Shown here: one piece after another, positions 37,882 to 49,469 of the stretch | How the letters are laid out: every line of letters starts with the position of its first letter | Position numbering within the stretch: the stretch's first letter is position 1 | Assembly: GCA_000004985.1 (NCBI GenBank) | Contig: GG738852.1 | Origin: Naegleria gruberi | Lineage: Eukaryota | Length of the DNA: 64,000 bases | Strand: one strand, 5' to 3' | Translations under genes and position numbers: made by a program | The notes under the pieces: model-generated | Seen by the model: only the letters and a program-made list of their open reading frames with translations | What the model was told of the DNA's origin: nothing | The model's database searches: none

Positions 37882-39891
37882 ATGTTATCACAAACTGCTG
37901 CTACTATCAGCACACCCTCCGAAGAACCGTCATCAAATTCTTCTTCTGCTTGTACAAGTGGTGGTTGTGGTGGTGCAACTTTGAAATATAACTTCCAAAA
38001 ACCTAAAGATGAAAGCCTTCCGACTTGTTGTCTCTTCATTACCAATCTTCCATCACTTGGAGAAACATTGTCATCAAAGGAAGAAAATCGTAAAATTTAT
38101 CAAGATTGGTTACATGAAGAATTATCGGAAAATGTTCAAGAGATTGAAATTGAAGCCATTCTTGCACATGAACAAAAATTGAATAAGAAAAAGAAGGATA
38201 AATTGGAAAAGAAGAAAGAATTGGAAGGAGGTGTTGTTGAGCATCCTACCATGCAATTATATGCAGTTTTTGGAAGTGATGATGACTCTGTAAAGGTAAA
38301 GAGTTATCTTTCGGAAAAGTATAGAAGTATGCACATTTCATTTGCTGAACTTGCTGCTGAATCAAAGGAACAACGTAAGAAGAAACATGTTAAAGGATGG
38401 AATATTGATTGTACTTCATCTACTGATCATGTTTCAATTCCTGGATTGTATGTGATTGAAAATTTCATTACAGAAGAGGAAGAAGCTAAAATTATGGAAC
38501 AAGTGGAACCTAAGAATTGGGTTATTGAATTACAAAGACGTGTTCAACATTATGGATTTAAATTTGATTATGATATTAGATCTATTGATTTTAATACTCA
38601 AGTTGAACCAATTCCAGAATATACCACTAATATTATGAATAGAATGAAAGAAGCAATGAAAAAGAAAAAGGAAGAAAATGATTCAACTATTATGAGTGAT
38701 GAATTTATTTCTACTTTTGATTTTGAGACATACAATCCAGATCAATTGACCATTAATGAATATCAACCTGGACAAGGAATTAGACCGCATATTGATGTTC
38801 ACACTCCATTCAATGATGGTCTATTCATTGTTTCTATGCTCGGTAGTGCTGTCATGTACTTTTCTAAATGTGTAGGAGAGGAGGTTGTTGAAAAGAAGTA
38901 TGTCGATCTTCCAAGAAGGTCATTACTTATCCTCGTTGGAGAAGCAAGGTATTTGTGGAGACACGCCATTATGTGTAGAGAACTCGATAGAGTGAATGGA
39001 AAAATCAGAAAGAGACAACGAAGAGTTTCATTGACCATCAGATCAGTTAGAAAGGAAGGATTGTGCACATGCAAGTATACTGATGTTTGTGACTCTCAAC
39101 AAAATAATGAAATTGCTCACAATCTTCCATATTCTCAACAATTGGGAACTACCAATCTAGAAATTGAATACGTTCAAAAGACCTACAATCAAATTGCCTC
39201 TCATTGGGATAAAACAAGACATACACCATGGCCTAGAGTTCACGAATATATTAAGAGTCTATCTGACTATACATTAATTGGAGACATTGGATGTGGAAAG
39301 TAAGTAGTTTATTTCTAAAATGTTGTTGGATATAATAATAATTCAAATAATAGTGGAAAGTATATTAACCTGAATCCAAAATGTATTTGGGTAGCAACTG
39401 ATAGAAGTGAAAAATTATGTGAAATTTGTGTTGAGAAGGGATATGATGTCTCAGTTTCAGATGCTCTCAATCTTCCTTACAAGTCCAACCTTTTCGATGT
39501 CACTCTCAATATTGCCGTTCTCCATCACATTAGCTCTGTTGCCAGAAGAATCAGATTACTAAAGGAATTGGTTAGAGTTACGAGACCAGGAGGTGAAATT
39601 TTAATCTATGCCTGGAGTTATGAGCAAGAAAATTCATCCAAGAGAAAGTTCCAAAGTCAAGATGTGTTTGTACCTTGGAAACTCCAAGCTAAATACTTGA
39701 ATGGTGAGGATGATCAACCATCTCCTGCACTTATTGAAGAAAATGAAGTTACCATCAAGAGATATTGTCACGTTTACAGAAAAGGAGAATTGGATGAGTT
39801 GGTGACAACTAAGGTTAAGGGAGTGGATATTTTGGATTCTTACTTTGATGTTGGAAATTGGTGTTTATTGTTACGTAAGCACAGCAACTAA
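37882..39891 (+). CDS. ALKBH8: ALKBH8-like tRNA wobble-uridine modifying enzyme (RRM-like, AlkB 2OG oxygenase and Trm9-type methyltransferase), 2 exons
   Basis: ORFs 37882..39303 and 39568..39891 join in frame via intron 39300..39353 (54 nt, phase 2). AlkB core: LTINEYQPGQGIRPHIDVHTPF (HxD)...LLILVGEARYLWRHAI...RRVSLTIRSV. SAM motif I, IGDIGCG|NGKY, is split by the intron. Methyltransferase motifs VLHHISS..RR and LVRVTRPGGEILIYAW follow. Confidence 0.85.
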
Positions 39892-41730
39892 GTAAAGTTT
39901 GATTTTCTCTTCAATGATAGTAAGGTAGCTGCCAGGAATTTCTTTTTCACACCAATAGAACTGACATAGATTGGTTCTTTGAAGGAATCAACTTTCATGC
40001 CACTATTTGATTTCAATTGAGAATTATTGGCCAAATCATCGATATACAAACTTCCTCCATCTCCAACAAACATAAGGAAAGTATCCTCTACTTGAGGTTT
40101 ATCTAAGGTTGTCATTGTCATTGATAAATCATCCAAAATAACATTGGATTCTGTAATTTGCAATTGTCTATTAATAAAATAAAAGCAATTCAATTTGCTG
40201 CCACATTTCATAACAGTACAGCTAGATTGCTCAAATTTTGGTTTGAAAACCTTTCCATAGGTAGCCACAAGTGCAAAATAGTTATTCTCATCCGTATTGG
40301 AAATGTTAGATTTTTCAGAGATGGTAAATTTGAAACTGCAATTAATTGATCCAGCACGAACATTAGGAATATTGTAAACCTGACCTTTCACTGGAATGAA
40401 AGGTAAAATTGTTGTAATATTTGAATTGTCAGAGTTGGTTCTTGTTATCACTCGTTCTCCTCTCGATATCTTATTAAATGAGGAAGAAGGATTAGAAACG
40501 ACTGGTTTCGAATTTCCTTTGATCGTTGGATTATAGGTTCCCACTGATTGACCATTCTTATGAATACCACTTCCAGATGTATAAAATCCAAATCCACTCG
40601 ATGCTCCTAAAATGGTTGTGTTATAAGTTTTGGATACAGATTGTTGAAATTGTAAACTATTCCAATAAGGTGGGAAATTAACCCACCAACTTGAAAATAC
40701 CACTCCATCAACTTTTTCATCAAAAATCAAATTCTTGAATGGAGATTCGAATACAATATCAAAACAAATAATTAATCCAAATTTCATTCCAAAATCTGTT
40801 GTGAAATAAACTGGTTTACCATCTCCTCTATCTATTCCATCTTCAAAATACTATTTTCATATTTCAATCCACTATTTACTTATCAAATAACTTACCAAAT
40901 GAGTTTTGTGATATTTGGTAACAAACTATTACAGTAATTAATATGAAAATTCCAAATATTATTATACTTACATTTCCATTCCTATCAAACACAACATTTG
41001 TATTATAAAGATACCTCCTATCTATTAATATGTGCATTAGAAAATTCCACCAAATCACAAACATACCACTTGGACATTGAGAATCAACACTTGGATCACA
41101 ATACTGCACATCTCCCATATTAATCACCAAATAAGTGTGATACTTCTTGGCAATGCAACTTGCCCTCTTCAAAACCAAATACTCATTCGGATCACTACAA
41201 AGATCATTCACTGACTCATTCGGCACTTGTTCAAAAAACATGCTCAATCGAGTTCTATTAACCAAACCAGGTCCAAACAATCCATATTCTATTTTCCTCA
41301 ATAACTATTTCCAAAAAACCATTAGAAACCTACCTGGAAAGACAACAATATCCAATGGCGACTGCAATCCCGAAACAATCTTTTCATATTCATCCAAATT
41401 TGCATTCAAAATCTTGTTCGCTTCCTGTTGATTCAAATTTGGATAAAACACATGCATAGCTACAGGTGCATAATCCACCACAGCTGCTCTATATTCCTTC
41501 TCTTCATTCTTTCCTATTGATGATGATATTATTATACGAGATGACAAAATTGTAGAAGGGATTGGCAAGGCTTGTTTTCCATCATTATTATTCTTAATAT
41601 TATTGTTATTATTATTTACAATGTGTCCATTCACTACGACACCTATCCATGAAATCAAACTCAACACCACCACCATCAGCATCACTCCGAGTAAGTTCGA
41701 GTGAGAATCATCAATCAATTTTCTTGCCAT
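39888..41730 (-). CDS. Biotinidase/vanin-type amidase (nitrilase superfamily), 5 exons, N-terminal signal anchor
   Basis: Exons 41334..41730, 41067..41288, 40972..41021, 40896..40925 and 39888..40850 join in frame through introns of 45, 45, 46 and 45 nt (41289..41333, 41022..41066, 40926..40971, 40851..40895). Collinear with human biotinidase:
- YRAAVVDYAPV
- IVVFPG|EYGLFG (catalytic Glu)
- CPS|DRRYLYNTNVVFDRNGN|FVTKYHKTHL|YFEDG (Lys)
- KFGLIICFDIVF (Cys). Confidence 0.85.
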
Positions 41731-42105
41731 TGAAAGTTTGTTTTTTTTTTAAGTTTTTTGGATTTTTGGTTTTTCTGTGTTTTTAAAAGAACGAAGGAGA
41801 ATTTTGAGGTTCGGACCTTAATGATTAAAGTGCTTGTGTGTGTTGAGAATGATAATTGAAGGTTCTGGGAGGAGAGGAGTTGAAATAGCCGTTCAGAGAT
41901 GTTAGATTCTTCAAGAATAAAGGTTCAATTTGACTGATTCAATTATTCGAAAGTAAATCAAAATCAAAACTATCCAATTCGAATAGTGATTATATTCGAA
42001 ACTCAATCCTAGTACTAGTTTTAAACTGTTCAACTTGGAATGATATGCTCTTTACTAGTTTGTTTGGAGATAATAAAAAGATGCTTCTCCATTCACTTGT
42101 CCTTT

Positions 42106-42909
42106 TCATTGAGTTTTATTCATCTTCCATTGAGAGGAATTGTTAAAACTCATGAAATAGCCCAATATAGCAGATATGAAATAGGTAATGGTAGCAAACA
42201 AGGCATGTCCTGGAGCAAATACTTCACCATCCTCGACAAGATCTGCCATTTTGGAAGTATCCTGTCCATAGAAAATGGCTCTGGTCATGAAAATTCCCAT
42301 TCCAATATATAAACTCAATGCAATCCAAAAACTCTTGAAAATTCTTTCATTTCCATATTTAGTGGCAATGATAAATATTGCACCAATCCAATGGAATGCA
42401 ATTTCCAATAAGCAATTCTCAAATCTTGACCAATTTTCCCAAGTGGCAAATCCAATCTTTTGGGAGGTGAATGGCGGAAGGATGGCCACATCATTTCTTC
42501 TCACAATCACATCCAACAACCAATGAGAGGCAATGGCCATGAAGAATACTCCATATATTGATAGAAAGGAACGATTCTTTGGTCTATTGATTGCACAATA
42601 AAGCAATGACATGCACAATGTCCAAATTACTGAACCAGTCAAACTGTATGAAATGTCATTATGAGGTTCGAATGGGAAAATCTTATTTTCTCTCATGGCT
42701 TTCACATTATATCTACCATATTCCAAACAAAATACATTCTCACATCTTGCATTCGATTCAATTTTCATTTCACATGCCAAATGACAAGTCCAAGAAAATG
42801 AATAAAACATGACATCTATGACTTGAGTAGCAACCATCAACCATGCCAAGGATATATCTCGGAAAAAGTAATGAAGCACTCCTGCAGGGCCGTAATGTCC
42901 TTGAAACAT
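42106..42909 (-). CDS. Multi-pass membrane protein of unknown family
   Basis: Single 267-aa ORF with a genuine ATG after an A-run and 6-7 hydrophobic segments. The N-terminal GHYGPAGVLHYF is weakly reminiscent of membrane-bound metal-dependent hydrolases (DUF457/YdjM), which I cannot verify. Confidence 0.5.
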   Translation of the reverse strand: MFQGHYGPAGVLHYFFRDISLAWLMVATQVIDVMFYSFSWTCHLACEMKIESNARCENVFCLEYGRYNVKAMRENKIFPFEPHNDISYSLTGSVIWTLCMSLLYCAINRPKNRSFLSIYGVFFMAIASHWLLDVIVRRNDVAILPPFTSQKIGFATWENWSRFENCLLEIAFHWIGAIFIIATKYGNERIFKSFWIALSLYIGMGIFMTRAIFYGQDTSKMADLVEDGEVFAPGHALFATITYFISAILGYFMSFNNSSQWKMNKTQ

Positions 42910-43290
42910 TTTTTTTAATCAACTTTTTCACATACCCAACCAGTAGGTCGGACAAATAAACGCTAACAAAGATTCATCTTTGGAAATGAACATGTGATTC
43001 AACGAAAATGCATCTAAACACATGTTTACACTTTGAAAATGAGGATTTCAGATGTTTGGTTAGCTTACCGAGACTTGCTTTCTCTATTATTAATAAAGTT
43101 TGCTGAGTTTGGTTATTAAGCAAGTAACTTGTTTGGGATTTTGTGTAAAAAGTATTGTAAAGGGAAAGTAGCAACAAACGTCCCAAATGATGAATCAAAT
43201 TTACAATACTTTTGCTGCTAGCTATTTATCCGTGATCATTTTGAAAGGTCGACTCTTTTGCCATTTCTTCCACTTTAGTTACTTAAAAAA

Positions 43291-45258
43291 ATGTCGAAAC
43301 ACAATTTGCTACTGTTATTACTATTAATACTGCTATTTATCCATGTCTATCACAGTGACTTGGTTACATGTCAAAGCAGTATCGATGTCAAGTATAAAAT
43401 AACAACTTTAGTGAGTGGAATTTCAGCTGATGGTAGAATTGACCAAGGATTAAATGGCGATATTTACTTTACTGAAAAAGTTGATAATTACATATCCAAG
43501 GCCAATATCAAAACAGGAATAGTTACACGACTCATTGGCACAGGTATTGGTGGATTCAATGGAGATGGATTATTAGCCAATTTGACACAAGTCAACTCGC
43601 CAAAAGGAGTTTCAATTTCTCAAATAAGTGGTGACATTTATTTTGCAGATTCGTCTAATAATTTGATCAGAGTAATGAATGCTGCAACGAATATTGTATC
43701 CACCATTGCTGGAACTGGTTCTTTTGGTTTCAGTGAAGGAAATGCCACATCCAGCAAGTTAAATAAGCCAACTGAACCAGTTTATTGGAATGGTCAATTG
43801 TTGTTTGCTGATTCGTTGAATTATAGAATTAGAAAGGTGGATCTTTCGAATGGAATGATTTCTACCTTGACAGGAACTGGAATTTCTGAATTTAATGGTG
43901 ATGGATTGGCATTGATTGTTTCAATTACTGAAATTCAGGCATTGACAGCAACTTTGAATGGAGATTTATATTTTGCAGATTCGGATAGTTTTAGAATTAG
44001 AAAATATATTCAATCGACAAAATCTGTAATTACATTGGTTGGCTCCACCAATAATTATAGAGATGGATTGGTCAACCAATCACTTTTGAGTTATCCAGAA
44101 GGTGTTTCAGTAGCTTCAAATGGAGATGTCATATTTAGTGATAATTCTAATCATGTTATTCGAAAGATTTCCATTTCTAAGGGTATGGTATCAACCATTG
44201 CAGGTACTGGAAGTGCAGGAGCTGCAATTGACAATGTGGATGCTACCAATTCTCCAATGCAGTTTCCTTCAGGTGTTTTGGTCAACTCACAAGGAATTAT
44301 TTATGTGAATGATAATGATAATAATCGAATTAGAGTATTGACACCGTATTGCAGTGATTCGAATTATGAATTGATTGATGGAGTTGTTTGTAGAATGAAA
44401 AATTGTTTTGGAATTGCAATTAATGAGTCAACTGTGTGTTCTGGACATGGAAAATGTAATTCGGATAATAATTGCACGTGTTCTTTTGGATATTCTGGTA
44501 ATGATTGCTCAATATTGGATGCGTGCTCACTTTTTACTAGTAATTATGCATGCTCATCAAGTTTTAACACGAGTGAGACTAAATTGCTTACAGTTTCGAA
44601 TATTACACAACTAGATTCGTCGATTATTCAATTTTCATCCACTAGTTCAATTTCAATTTCACTTCCTTCCTCAATTTCACAATATTTACAAGCCACAGAT
44701 ACAAACTTATCCAATGAAACCATTTCAGTACTGAGTTTACTTTCTGCTAACAATGCCAAAGATTCCAACTTGGTTTCTCCAATAGTTTCGTTAACTTTAT
44801 ACAAATCCAGCACAAAATCTGAAATCCAAATTCAAAATCTCAAAGATCCAATTTCAATCCAATTCCAAATCAACACAACTGTACCATCCATCTCATCATT
44901 GAATATCACATGCTCGTATTTCAATGAAATTCAAAAACTTTGGATTTCAGATTCGACCATCAAAACAATAATTTCCAAAATTGATACAATTAACACTCTC
45001 TCAGATGGAAATGTAACAATTTCTGTTTCATTGAATTGTGAAACGAGTCACTTGACTTCATTTGGAATAATCGATCAGAATTATAAGAAAGCAAATAAGG
45101 AATCTCAAACCAAAGATGATTCAGTCATGTTACAAGATAATACTACTGTATTAATTGCTGCAATTGTTGGAAGTGTTGGTGGATGTTGTGTTTTGGTAAC
45201 TATTCTCGTGATCATTATTTCAGTTATCATTCTATTAAGAAGAAGACATAAACATTAA
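43291..45258 (+). CDS. Type-I surface protein: signal peptide, six NHL repeats (beta-propeller), EGF-like module, S/T-rich stalk, TM
   Basis: Six NHL-like blades: GDIYFTEKVDNYISKAN, GDIYFADSSNNLIRVMN, GQLLFADSLNYRIRKVD, GDLYFADSDSFRIRKY, GDVIFSDNSNHVIRKIS and GIIYVNDNDNNRIRVLT. EGF-like CSGHGKCNSDNNCTCSFGYSGNDCS. TM LIAAIVGSVGGCCVLVTILVIIISVIILL followed by RRRHKH. Confidence 0.8.
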   Translation: MSKHNLLLLLLLILLFIHVYHSDLVTCQSSIDVKYKITTLVSGISADGRIDQGLNGDIYFTEKVDNYISKANIKTGIVTRLIGTGIGGFNGDGLLANLTQVNSPKGVSISQISGDIYFADSSNNLIRVMNAATNIVSTIAGTGSFGFSEGNATSSKLNKPTEPVYWNGQLLFADSLNYRIRKVDLSNGMISTLTGTGISEFNGDGLALIVSITEIQALTATLNGDLYFADSDSFRIRKYIQSTKSVITLVGSTNNYRDGLVNQSLLSYPEGVSVASNGDVIFSDNSNHVIRKISISKGMVSTIAGTGSAGAAIDNVDATNSPMQFPSGVLVNSQGIIYVNDNDNNRIRVLTPYCSDSNYELIDGVVCRMKNCFGIAINESTVCSGHGKCNSDNNCTCSFGYSGNDCSILDACSLFTSNYACSSSFNTSETKLLTVSNITQLDSSIIQFSSTSSISISLPSSISQYLQATDTNLSNETISVLSLLSANNAKDSNLVSPIVSLTLYKSSTKSEIQIQNLKDPISIQFQINTTVPSISSLNITCSYFNEIQKLWISDSTIKTIISKIDTINTLSDGNVTISVSLNCETSHLTSFGIIDQNYKKANKESQTKDDSVMLQDNTTVLIAAIVGSVGGCCVLVTILVIIISVIILLRRRHKH

Positions 45259-45302
45259 ATCTTAAATTCATTACAAAACGAAATTCTGGTTGACTTGGAA
45301 AA

Positions 45303-45743
45303 TTATTTACTTGGAATGAATTTCAATATCATTCCAAGCATATATCCTGCACTGTAAACAGCTCCCTTAATTATTGAAAAAACAATATGAAAAGCCGTTG
45401 GGGAAAAGTACCACAAGGCACAGGAAGCAATTACAAAAGCAGCTATTCCTAATTTGAATGAAAGTGGAATTGATTTTGGTGGAGAGGAAGAAGAATCGTC
45501 TGTTTCGTCTTGTTGTGGAATGTTGGAAGGAAAATTCGATTCTATTTTGTCATTGACATACTTGTTGATATCTTGCTCGATTTTATCTGCTTGTTCATTC
45601 AATTCTTTGGAAAGTTTATCTGAAATTTGAGTCGTATCTATATTGGAAAGGTTAGAGATTCGGAACGTTTGGAAGGGATTCCTGTAATTTATCAAAGAGT
45701 GATTTTTCAGAAGGGGAAGACTCGGAATTGGCATTCTTTTCAT
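45303..45743 (-). CDS. Hypothetical small protein with a hydrophobic C-terminus
   Basis: 146-aa ORF with a genuine ATG but no A-run. Two C-terminal hydrophobic segments (LGIAAFVIASCALWYF, VYSAGYMLGMILKFI). No recognisable family. The overlapping ORF 45652..45972 makes the 5' structure uncertain. Confidence 0.35.
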   Translation of the reverse strand: MKRMPIPSLPLLKNHSLINYRNPFQTFRISNLSNIDTTQISDKLSKELNEQADKIEQDINKYVNDKIESNFPSNIPQQDETDDSSSSPPKSIPLSFKLGIAAFVIASCALWYFSPTAFHIVFSIIKGAVYSAGYMLGMILKFIPSK

Positions 45744-46111
45744 CTAATTGTTGATTTTCATCTTTTTGCAAAGAAATCAAATTTATGTGAAAAGTTTGTT
45801 TTTGAAAGTGTTGAATTTTAAAAGAAAATAATTGTCGATGATTCGAGTGGAACATGCTGCAGGGAGGTCTAGCTCTGTGACCAATACAATGAATTGATTT
45901 TATCATTTTTTTAAAATTGATTAGTTTCTCTGAATGCAACCAATCATTTTGGAACTCCAATAACTGGAACAATGAAATGGTCTGTACAATTGTAATTAGG
46001 TGTCACCTGTTTCTTCAAGATCACTTTTCTGAATATCAGTTGAGAGCTGTGGCCACTAATGAATGAAATAATAATCTTTTTAATAATTTAATAAATTCCC
46101 TAGTTATTAAC

Positions 46112-47389
46112 CTAGAAAAGTGACTTGATGGCGTCCCAAGCTCCAGAGAAAACGTCAGAAACCTTTTCAGCAACCTTAAGGTAGGTTTCACTTTGTTGCA
46201 TCTTGAAAGCAAAGATTGAAAGTCCATACAGAGCACTCAAATGAATCAATGATCCAAAGAATAATTTTGTGGCATTGTCATAATCAACATTCTTCTTGAA
46301 AACAATGGATGGTTTGACAAGATAATACCAATTGATTGGAGTAGAAACAACAGCAAACCACCATGGAACAACTCCAAATGCAGGGAGAGCCCAACAAATT
46401 GGGAATAAGGCAAGTGAGTGAATTAATGATTGAGTTGCAGCAGCTTCTGGATTAGAAATTGAAAGCATCTTATAACCAGCTTTACCATAATCTCCTCTAC
46501 ATTTATATGAAATTGCCATAAAGTGAGAAATTTGCCACAAATACATGGATCCGAACATGAACAATCCTGTCACCAAGAGTTTTGTATTATAATCGGAAGT
46601 AGAAGGAAGTAAACCATCAAGAGGAGAAGGTTTTGGAGAAAGATGTTGTGTTAGAGAAAGTGGTAACATGGCTGCAGTGACACCCATAAGTGGAGGTAAA
46701 CTACCATTCAATGTTCCTACCCAAGTATTAATCCAATGGAGTGGTTTTGTTGGTGTATAAACACAAACATAGAGTAATAAATTAGCAAGACCAAGTAAAG
46801 CAGTCTCCTTGTTTGTATACTTGTTTAAAATATAGGTACCAGCAGCACCAGTAATAACGGCTTGAGTAATAGCATGAGTTACACTAATTTTGTTTCTTGG
46901 GAGTGGTCTATTGAATGTTCTACTCATCAATTTATCCCTCTCAATTTCAATAATTTCATTAAAACTATTAGCAGAAGCAGACTGTAAGAATGTTCCGACA
47001 CATAATCCGATCACACTTGTTGATGATGAAGATGACGCATTAATGAGTTGGAGTATCTCATCTCGTTCCGCCGAAATTAAATGGATTTTGTTTGCAGCAT
47101 AATAACCACCAGCTGCTGTGAAAACAACAAGAGCACTCAATCTAGTCTTCCACAATTCATAGTAACATCTCATATAGTGTCTGAAGGCTCCGACCTTCTT
47201 TTCCTCTATGATTGGTTTTTCAATTGGATTTTCAATAGCTGGTTCTACAATAGCAGCCTCACTTTTCTTCATTTTAATTTCGTGGAGAGATTCTTCAACT
47301 GGACAAACATCCTTTGTAGCCAATGAAAAATTAGCCTCGGAGGCTGGTGTTTCAGGCGATAAAGATTTGTTATCTTGTTGTGTTGCCAT
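46112..47389 (-). CDS. COX10: Protoheme IX farnesyltransferase (heme O synthase, COX10; UbiA family)
   Basis: UbiA-type motif NEIIEIERDKLMSRTFNRPLPRNKIS, multiple TM helices and WKTRLSALVVFTAAGGY. The genuine ATG at 47389 follows an A-run (MATQQDNK..); the track start at 47401 is TTG. Confidence 0.85.
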   Translation of the reverse strand: MATQQDNKSLSPETPASEANFSLATKDVCPVEESLHEIKMKKSEAAIVEPAIENPIEKPIIEEKKVGAFRHYMRCYYELWKTRLSALVVFTAAGGYYAANKIHLISAERDEILQLINASSSSSTSVIGLCVGTFLQSASANSFNEIIEIERDKLMSRTFNRPLPRNKISVTHAITQAVITGAAGTYILNKYTNKETALLGLANLLLYVCVYTPTKPLHWINTWVGTLNGSLPPLMGVTAAMLPLSLTQHLSPKPSPLDGLLPSTSDYNTKLLVTGLFMFGSMYLWQISHFMAISYKCRGDYGKAGYKMLSISNPEAAATQSLIHSLALFPICWALPAFGVVPWWFAVVSTPINWYYLVKPSIVFKKNVDYDNATKLFFGSLIHLSALYGLSIFAFKMQQSETYLKVAEKVSDVFSGAWDAIKSLF

Positions 47390-47560
47390 TTTTTTATGCA
47401 ATTTTTTTGACCTTTTTAAATTCTTTCAAGCAAATTTAGTAATTTTGGTTGCTGACTGAATTTTCATTCGTTACTACTGGATTCTTCTGAAATGGCGTCA
47501 TTAATAATGATTGTTTCGAATTATGCTTCAGTCAATTAAAATAATCAACATTTAGAGGCT

Positions 47561-49428
47561 TTATTCTTTGGATTGATCGGCTAGATCAGGAAGTTTGTGT
47601 GTTTCTACTTGATTGGAGAGTGGCGAAATTATTTCAAATGAAAAATCAACAGGGAATGAATGTGGATTGAAACAGGTACAACCTTCGACTTTTGTATTGA
47701 ATGGTTGGCATCTATCGGCTAGAATGAGTGAATGTGGAGATGGGAATAGACTCAATGAGTGATCTTGTTCCCAGAATACAGGTTGTAAATGCATGGCGAA
47801 GGGACTCAAATGAGATTGTGCAAGAACTGTTTCACACATCTATTTTTTTCAATATTAATAAAAAGAAAGAATTGTAAACTTACTGATTGATAAATTTGAG
47901 TTTCCTCCTTGTGTTCTATCACAGTGTGTCTTCTCATTTGTTGTTGTAAATCTTGTCTGAATACAACAAGCTCTTGAGTGTAGAACCGTATTCTGCATGG
48001 ATTTGTGGCAAAGAAGCTGTTTGGAATTCTTGATTTAAAGGTTCTGCTGATACTATCTAAAATTGGAGATCTTGGAAGTACGCCATTTGGAGAGAATGTT
48101 GGATCATTTGGACCTGGTACAAATACAAACGTTGGAGCATTTTCATTTTCTTTGGAATTGTAAATGAAATTAGGGAATCGTTCTTCAATCATCTTGGCAA
48201 GCTTTTCAAAATTCTTTTGATATAAAACACGATCAGAGGTTGTTGAACTAGAGGAGGAAGAGGAATAGAATTGGAATGGTCTAGATATGAAATTACCAAT
48301 AAATAAAAACATTGCTGGCATCAATTCGTATGAGTCCTCAGAAGTTCTATTGTGTTGATTCCACTTGATATATTCAAATAAGAGAGCTAGCTTTTCAAAT
48401 ACTAAAGGCTTATCAAGGCAAACATCTGAAACAACCACAATGAAGGCATTCTTGTTGATATCTTCCTTATTTTTGAGCTCTTTTAACTTTTCTGGTGAAG
48501 ATGAACCAAACATGTCCAACATGCTGCTTCTTCCCACAGATAAGAATCTTTCACTATCATCTCTATCTTCACAAGTTGGTAAAACAATAGCAGATGCTTT
48601 GAATACCTTTGTCACACTATCATAAACACCTGAAGCAATAACAAAAGATCCTTCCAAAATCGTTCCTCTATTATTAGTTGTCTATTTCAGCGTTCAATGA
48701 TTCAAATAAAATTGATGAGAAACTTACTGACTCAGAAATATCAACCTGTGTGACACCATTCAAATCTTCAATTTGATAAATGTCTGCAGACTTTCTTGTA
48801 ATTAATCCCATAATATATTTTGATCCTCTACTTCCTAAAAGTGAATCAATACTAGTTAAAGAGATTGCATTAGGGTCTGTTGGATTGAATTGTTTTCCTC
48901 TCATTACTTTTTGATAAATCATTTTATATCTGTCACGGAATACTTCAACCTTTTGTTGAACCTCTGAGAAGAAGGTAGTATCTCTTTGTTCAGGTTCAAA
49001 AACCTTTCTTGACATGTTATAGGAATAGAATGGTTTATCCTCAGCATTAATTATTTGAATGGCATCTCTGTGTCCAAGAACTGCTGTATTATCATCCACT
49101 AAATCATCTGATGTATCCATTCTCTTGGATTGGAACTCTTTTAATTTCTCTTCTATTAATTCGCCCGATAAATTTTTATCTATTCATCACACAATTGTAG
49201 CATCACATATTATTATTCAATAATCGGGATCATTCCACACAATCACTCACCTTTAACATTCTTATCCTGCAAAAATTTAAAAAATTCTGGTAAAAATTCA
49301 TTGATTTCATCCTTGCTCATTAATTTATTTACACAATAATCAGGAAGTGCCGAATTTGACAAGGTAAATTGGTACTTTTTAGCTGCCGTCACGCAGAGCT
49401 TTGATGCGATGGCTTTATTTGCACTCAT
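47561..49428 (-). CDS. POLE2: DNA polymerase epsilon subunit B (POLE2/Dpb2), 4 exons
   Basis: Exons 49251..49428, 48728..49179, 47884..48681 and 47561..47839 join in frame through introns 49180..49250 (71 nt), 48682..48727 (46 nt) and 47840..47883 (44 nt). Conserved pieces include EGSFVIASGVY.., FLFIGNFIS, FVFVPGPNDP, NPCRIRFYTQELVVFRQD and LAQSHLSPF...VFWEQDHSLSLFPSPHSLILAD...FNPHSF. Confidence 0.85.
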
Positions 49429-49458
49429 TTTTTTTTAAATTAATTAATTTGAATCACT

Positions 49459-49469
49459 TTTGGCGGGAA
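49459..49469. promoter_or_regulatory. E2F-like site TTTGGCGGGAA about 30 bp upstream of the POLE2 start codon
   Basis: The GC-rich 11-mer tttggcgggaa sits in an AT-rich spacer, 31 nt from the ATG at 49428. It matches the classical E2F core TTT(G/C)(G/C)CG(C/G). Function is inferred only. Confidence 0.35.
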
